A DNA stretch of 64,000 nucleotides from Lytechinus pictus (Eukaryota). A model generated the notes under the pieces. That model saw only the letters and a program-made list of their open reading frames with translations, did not search any database and was not told the origin of the DNA. Shown piece by piece: positions 58,754-64,000 of the stretch. A program made the position numbers and the translations under genes. Positions within the stretch are counted from its first letter, which is position 1. The number at the start of each line of letters is the position of its first letter. The stretch covers positions 29,204,001-29,268,000 of the forward strand of contig NC_087251.1 of assembly GCF_037042905.1 (NCBI RefSeq). The letters are read 5' to 3'.

Positions 58754-61700
58754 CTGCCAATATACAGAGAGAACAAGGTATTAACATCACATATAATATC
58801 AACTAACTAAGCAAACCACTCTACTTGTAAGTATAGTCAATCTTCAATTAGAAACAAAACATCTGTAGAATTCATTAATATGTTCAACCTAAAACATGTA
58901 TAGACATACTATGCACAGCGACACTTCATTTTTAAATATATTGTACAAGTAAGGTCTAGATTTTCATATCATTTCTGAGTGGTATATGTTTCTGCTAGGA
59001 TACTCAAGAGGTTTTTTTTTCTTTTGATATAAAATTTGATTTGTGCCAAAGAAAGGTTTGACTGCAAGGAATGTATCCATGAAACCATTATTCTACAAGA
59101 GTTGCAGTCATATCTGACTTTGGCACAAGATTAATTTTATATCAAAGCAAAAAATACCTCCTTATTATCCAAGCGCAAACTTAATACACAAAAATGTTAT
59201 CAACCTTAATGGGAAAAGATACTCTTTCAGGAGATAAATAATAGTTTTGTGTTCATTATATACTTGATGTGTCAAGTTTTTTTTACTCATGCATTGGCAA
59301 GGATATCATGTACAAGTAGCTTATGCATGCAATGACACATGCGATCATAGTTTTATAATCCAAAGTAAGCCCAGTTCAAATCCTGTGAACTTGAATTACA
59401 GACTCCTTTGAAGATATCCATATTTTACAATCAAGTTTTAATAAAATCTTACCTTGATGACTTTCTCCACTCCAGACGATGCAATGAGGAAATTTCTTGA
59501 ACTAAACCTGACTTGATTGACAATCTGACGATGTCCTTTTAACACATGGGATGCTTCATTCACTTGTTGAACTAAGAGAGCAAATAAAAAAACCAAAATT
59601 GCTAAAACTGTAACAGTAGAAACTCAGTACAAAGTAACAGCCATAATATATTTCTCGACTATTTGCACACATTCTTATGAACGCTCGACATCACTTGACC
59701 GTCTTTCATAATCTTCACCCCATAATAACATTGGTCTCATCTGCACATCCATCCTACAAGTTTGGTTACTTATCAATCCAAAAAAGAAAGTTGCTAGCCC
59801 CACAAGAGTTTCGACCCCTGTTAATGAACTCGACTTTGCTAGGACTGACTGTAAAAGGTGGCAAAAAATCCCCAACATAAATACTACCTAGATTGGTAAT
59901 TCAACCAAGCAGTGGTTCTGCTCTGCAAATATTCAAAGTTCTCATCAATTTACTTTTCTCATTAATCCATATTACTATTTGGGACCCTTTCCCTACTTTT
60001 TTTTCTTTGTTTCAAATCATATAAATATAACGAGGCACCACTAAATTCACAAAAGGTTACCAGTAATGAATTTTCAATTTAAGATCCAATGCCATCTGAA
60101 AGAAGAGATTCTCGTCTTTTCCCACCATTTATTTCCATTTCAAATCATACAAATATAACAAGGCACAGGAGGTCACCAGAAATTATTTTTTTAAGTTAAA
60201 GATCCCATCTGAAAGAGCAGATGCGCCTCGGAATAGTTTACTAGATAGATGGCGCATAATAAATGCTGTGTATTATTATTATTCTCATCTTTTAAAATGA
60301 TGCCAAATGTGCTACCATAGGATAACTCCACTTTACAAAGAGAAGAAATTCACTACCATTACTTTTGGTAATCAAGGGACTATTATAAGTTTTCTTGTCT
60401 ACAGATACACGCTTGTCCTTCCACTATTGTTCAGAGCTGACAAGTGGATTAGCAATTAATTTGGTCTTCATAGGAGTCATGAAATCCCTCCCAAAATTGG
60501 CAAACTGATTAGGCACATCCTGTTCATTATTATGAACAAGAACAAATGCAAAAGCCAACCTGGTTCTAATTTCATTGTAGTTAAAATTGAGGGGAATGTT
60601 TTTATTTCAGGAAGAAAACTAATTTCAAAGAAATTCAAAAAGAGATAAAGTATGGGTATTATAACTCTAAAAAATAGCCCTTTGGATTAGCGCTTGGGTA
60701 ACTGAACTATAATCATGAGGTCAGAGCAAATTGGGAAAAGGTTGGAAGCGGGCATTTCTCATTTGTTTTATGAATGAATAACAACAATAGAGTATTCATC
60801 TTTCATTAGTCTGAATACTTAAGATTAGTTTTGAGGAAAAAAAAAACAGTTGATTAGTTTAACATTTTCCTTGCTACTCCCTCACTGAAATAAATTGTGT
60901 TCATCTGTTATTGTGGTCTCAAAAAAGTGGAACTGGCATTTAAGACTGATTTGAAATCAATCACAACCTCTGATGGGATGTTGCTAGAAACTTGCAATCA
61001 ATTGAAATCTATTTGGGTTCCCTTATCAATCATATGCTTGCAATTAATTGCAAATTTGCAATTGCTTGGTTTGGTTCTTGCAACATGGAGTGTAACCGAA
61101 TTTCCTATAGCTAAAATTTATCTATCAGTTGTAAGGTTGCAAGAGAACATTGCACTTGATTGCAAATATTTTCTTGCAAACATCACCTTATATGGGGCAC
61201 AGATGAACAACAGTGAGACAAATAAACATCTTTGGTATCTTGTACATATGACTTACTTCCTTCACATGGATCTGGAACTCTCCAAATATAGAGGTTGAAA
61301 TCATCAGAACCGGATAAGACAAACTAGGGAAAAAGAAACATAAGAGCACTATGAAACACAGTTGGGCGAATTCTCAGATAGTCTAATACCACATGGGCAA
61401 TACCCATTTGGTCTACACTACACTTGGTCTAATGCTCAGTAATAGTCCAAAGGCCAGTTGGTCTAATTTCCACTTCAACTATTGGACCAAGTCAAGTGGA
61501 TATCAATAAAAAAAAACCTAACTGGAAATTAGACAAAATGGCAAATGAGCTAAATGCAATTACACCAAATGATTAATAGACAAACTAGGATTAGACCATG
61601 TGAGATGAGACGTATTGAAAAGCAGACAATACAGGTGTAAACCAATCAGCAATTAACATAAAAACAACACTATTAAAATACAATAATAAAATTGTCCTCA

Positions 61701-63776
61701 AATATCCACCTCCTAATATTCAGATGTAACAAACAATGAAGATAGACTCTTCTTCAAAGGAGTCATATGCACGGTGTAATTATGATTGATAGACCTTTGA
61801 TCTTGTTTTGAAACAACAATGTATTTTGGAGCTCTATAATCCTTTGATAAAGAACTCCAATTGTATTTTGGGATTCTGTAACATATAAGTGCTGTGCAGA
61901 TATTGGAAAAAGTGATGGAATTAGTTTACATCACTGTTATCATTACTGATGGTTCTATAAAGTGTGTCCCACAAAAAAGGAAACCCATTTTCAGAGATAC
62001 AGTAGATTTCATAATTATTATCAATGTTTTTACTATAAATTTGATACTCATGGCAAGAGTGGAATCTCATCTCTAATTAGAAACGAACAGCTTGGCAAAT
62101 CGTTCACGCATGGCAGATTACAAATAGTAAATACTGAGACATATCGGAAACGACTTGCGCAGAAACTCACGGGTGAATCTCAACTCGTCCTTATTTCAGG
62201 GATCAGTTGAATCAAAGAATACAAAAGAAATAATAATGAGCCAATCGTCGAATAAGCATGTTTGTCAACCAATCTTGACCAATTTTTCTTCGCAACCTGG
62301 TTTTTGACATTGAAATCTCAAACTCATTTTGCTCATTAATGCGTGAAGTGTTCGTCACATATTAGGTATCAAAATAAAGAGGAATAATTGAATTATATAA
62401 TTCTGTATATTAGATATAATAATTCATTTGCCTTTGAAGAAAAAAAAAGACATGGGAATCCCAGTTTTCTTTTTTCTGGGACGCGCTGTAAAACAAGAAT
62501 GTGCAATCAAAATGTTGCCATCTAGGTTAGAAATTGGGTTGGGAGTATCATCTGTATGAATATTGCAGGACAAGAGCTGGTGGTATTCAATGTGGCTATG
62601 AAACTTCGCTTTTTAAAAGGAAACCAAATTCCGAGGAGCTTTTCTAGCACAAATAGAATATCCTTCCATAGGCTCATGTGCGATGGTATAGTTTTGATGA
62701 TGATAATAACATGCATATTATGTTTCGAAACGCTCTGTATACTATTATTCTGAGGATTATTTCGTCAACATTTCCGTCCGATAAGCTTTTTGATCTGACA
62801 ACTTTCCTTGATTATGATTGGCTGAGGAGCAATGTTACTATGGTATTAAACTGTTGGATAAAATGGACTTGGTGGATAAAACGTCCAACAATTTCCTTTC
62901 ATGAAACGCCCCCTGGCTTTAGTACTGCAACCATGATCAGGCACTTGAGCATTCATGAAATTTATTCCATCCAGGCACTCATTTATTACACCAGGGTAGA
63001 GAGTAGTAAATGTAGGGAAACGCCTTGCCAAAGGACCCAGGTGTTGTGGTGGGATTCGAACCCTGTACCTCATAATTCAAAGTCCAGAGACTTTTCCACT
63101 GAGCCAACACATCTCTACAAGTACATACATGTATAATCTTTCATAAAACAAGAGGAAATAACTTGAATTTTTGATAAAGAAATATAATGGTTATTGGTTG
63201 TCATTGAAAAAAGGGATATGGTTGAAAGCATACTAGTATAAATATTTTATTTATATTAGAAAATGACTCAATATTCTAGAGGTTACATACATTATATCAA
63301 AAGACAACATGATCAAAATCTGCATCCTGTGTAAAGAAGCCAAAACTGTTTGAGTAGCCAAGGTTCAAAGTGAACATGGACCTTACTCACTGACATCATC
63401 GTGCTACCATCTTAAAGACTGAAGCCACTGCCTTGAATGCAATGGTGATCTGCAGTTGGCGCATCTCTGACAACTCCGTTTAAAAATCCTGTATCCTCTG
63501 AGGGAGGTCCCTATGAGATTATGACATCATGCGCATAAGGTCTACTTAAAAGGACCACAAACCTGATCTCTGTCACCTCCAAAGCAGCAGCTCTTCATGG
63601 TACAAGAGTTATAATAGCCATCGTGGTTGAACTCCACAGACGGCACTGAACTGTGGATATCGTAGAGCACCGCCGGTAGCCTTCTCCGCAACGCAAGCAA
63701 CTGGCTACCGCTCTGGTTAAAACGCACACTCATTGCATTCATCTGGGTGTAGGCACTTCCGTATTGTAAAAGGCAA
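57293..63776 (-). CDS. DCAF5: DDB1- and CUL4-associated factor 5 (WD40 protein), 3' four coding exons; 5' part lies beyond the window
   Basis: Spliced translation gives AMSVRFN..G.QLLALRRRLP.VLYDIHS...GYYNSCTMKSCCF.GDRDQ / FVLSGSDDFNLYIWR / VLKGHRQIVNQVRF...SSGVEKVIK / LWS...SHDYS...EDPRMLAFFDS, recognisable DCAF5 motifs. Confidence 0.95.
59453..59571 (-). CDS. DCAF5: DCAF5 penultimate coding exon (QQVNEASHVLKGHRQIVNQVRFSSRNFLIASSGVEKVIK)
   Basis: Acceptor ctctcttag, donor AAG|GTAAGA, 119 nt; phases fit both neighbours. Confidence 0.94.
60220..60283 (+). repeat. SINE/LINE 3' tail remnant
   Basis: gcgcctcggaata...atggcgcataataaatgctgtgtattattattatt. Confidence 0.5.
60975..61187. mobile_element. 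Copy of the 6763-6982 MITE family in a DCAF5 intron
   Basis: gggatgttgctagaaacttgcaatcaattg ... ttgcaaatattttcttgcaaacatcacc. Confidence 0.7.
61257..61323 (-). CDS. DCAF5: DCAF5 internal exon (FVLSGSDDFNLYIWRVPDPCEG)
   Basis: Acceptor ttttttccctag, donor A|GTAAGT, 67 nt; WD40 SGSDD motif. Confidence 0.93.
61960..62488. mobile_element. Tc1/mariner-like MITE in a DCAF5 intron
   Basis: ta|aagtgtgtcccacaaaaaagg ... ttttttctgggacgcgctg|ta; same terminus as 45851-45878. Confidence 0.7.
62920..63106 (-). mobile_element. tRNA-derived SINE, 5' part
   Basis: Minus strand reads TGGCTCAGTGG (A-box) ... GGGTTCGAATCCC (B-box), then a central block similar to the 39596 SINE. Confidence 0.75.
63563..63776 (-). 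CDS. DCAF5: DCAF5 internal exon (CLLQYGSAYTQMNAMSVRFNQ...CFGGDRDQ)
   Basis: Acceptor tttcttcatctcag, donor CAG|GTTTGT, 214 nt. Confidence 0.93.
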
Positions 63777-64000
63777 CTGAGATGAAGAAATAAATGAAGA
63801 GGTACAGGTTGGTTTTAAAAACTCTATGTCTATGCGTGAGGAAAACAGCTTTGCCCAGTTCCAGTAAGGAAGTGTAAAATCCAACCATAAATAAAACTCT
63901 TAAAAACTACTGATATTCTGTAGAATAGAATTTAAATTGATAATGACAAATAATGTAAATGTACATTAAAGGTAAATATAGTTTGCTTTGACTAACAGTA

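Noticed and set aside
59675..59878. 67-aa minus-strand ORF in a DCAF5 intron with an acceptor-like ttttacag
   Set aside because: No DCAF5-like sequence; flanking exons already join in frame without it. Cannot be excluded as a rare alternative exon.
63030..63106. tRNA gene
   Set aside because: A and B boxes are present but there is no convincing cloverleaf, and the sequence runs into a SINE body.
1079..63136. Remaining 60-150-aa ORFs in the ORF track
   Set aside because: No recognisable domains, most overlap MITEs or SINEs, and their lengths are expected by chance.

Overview
AT-rich, intron-rich animal DNA; the repeat types suggest an echinoderm, probably a sea urchin (inference). Two host genes lie in tandem on the minus strand. 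The 3' part of a DCAF5 orthologue has four coding exons (57293-63776). It is followed by the 5' part of an alpha-actinin gene (2371-50519), which continues past the left edge. The same DCAF5-then-actinin arrangement exists in human (DCAF5/ACTN1). The actinin gene has two intact, homologous first coding exons (50436-50519 and 42769-42894) and a tandem pair of 88-nt exons encoding the start of CH2 (3023-3110, 2371-2458) that must be mutually exclusive. Its 35-kb first intron holds an apparently intact 6.3-kb Sola2-like DNA transposon with perfect 31-bp TIRs, an 854-aa DDD transposase ending in an aromatic Tudor/SH3-like domain, and an array of 14-bp subterminal motifs. The rest is dense with MITEs (Harbinger-, Tc1/mariner-, Kolobok-, piggyBac- and hAT-like), Helentron-type elements with internal tandem repeats, and tRNA-derived SINEs. 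TA-flanked palindromic octamers (TACATGTA, TAGGCCTA, TAGATCTA) are strongly over-represented. Inside one tandem repeat they appear as clean insertions at a TA, as expected for transposon excision footprints. Repeat-family names come from terminal structure only; no database was searched.
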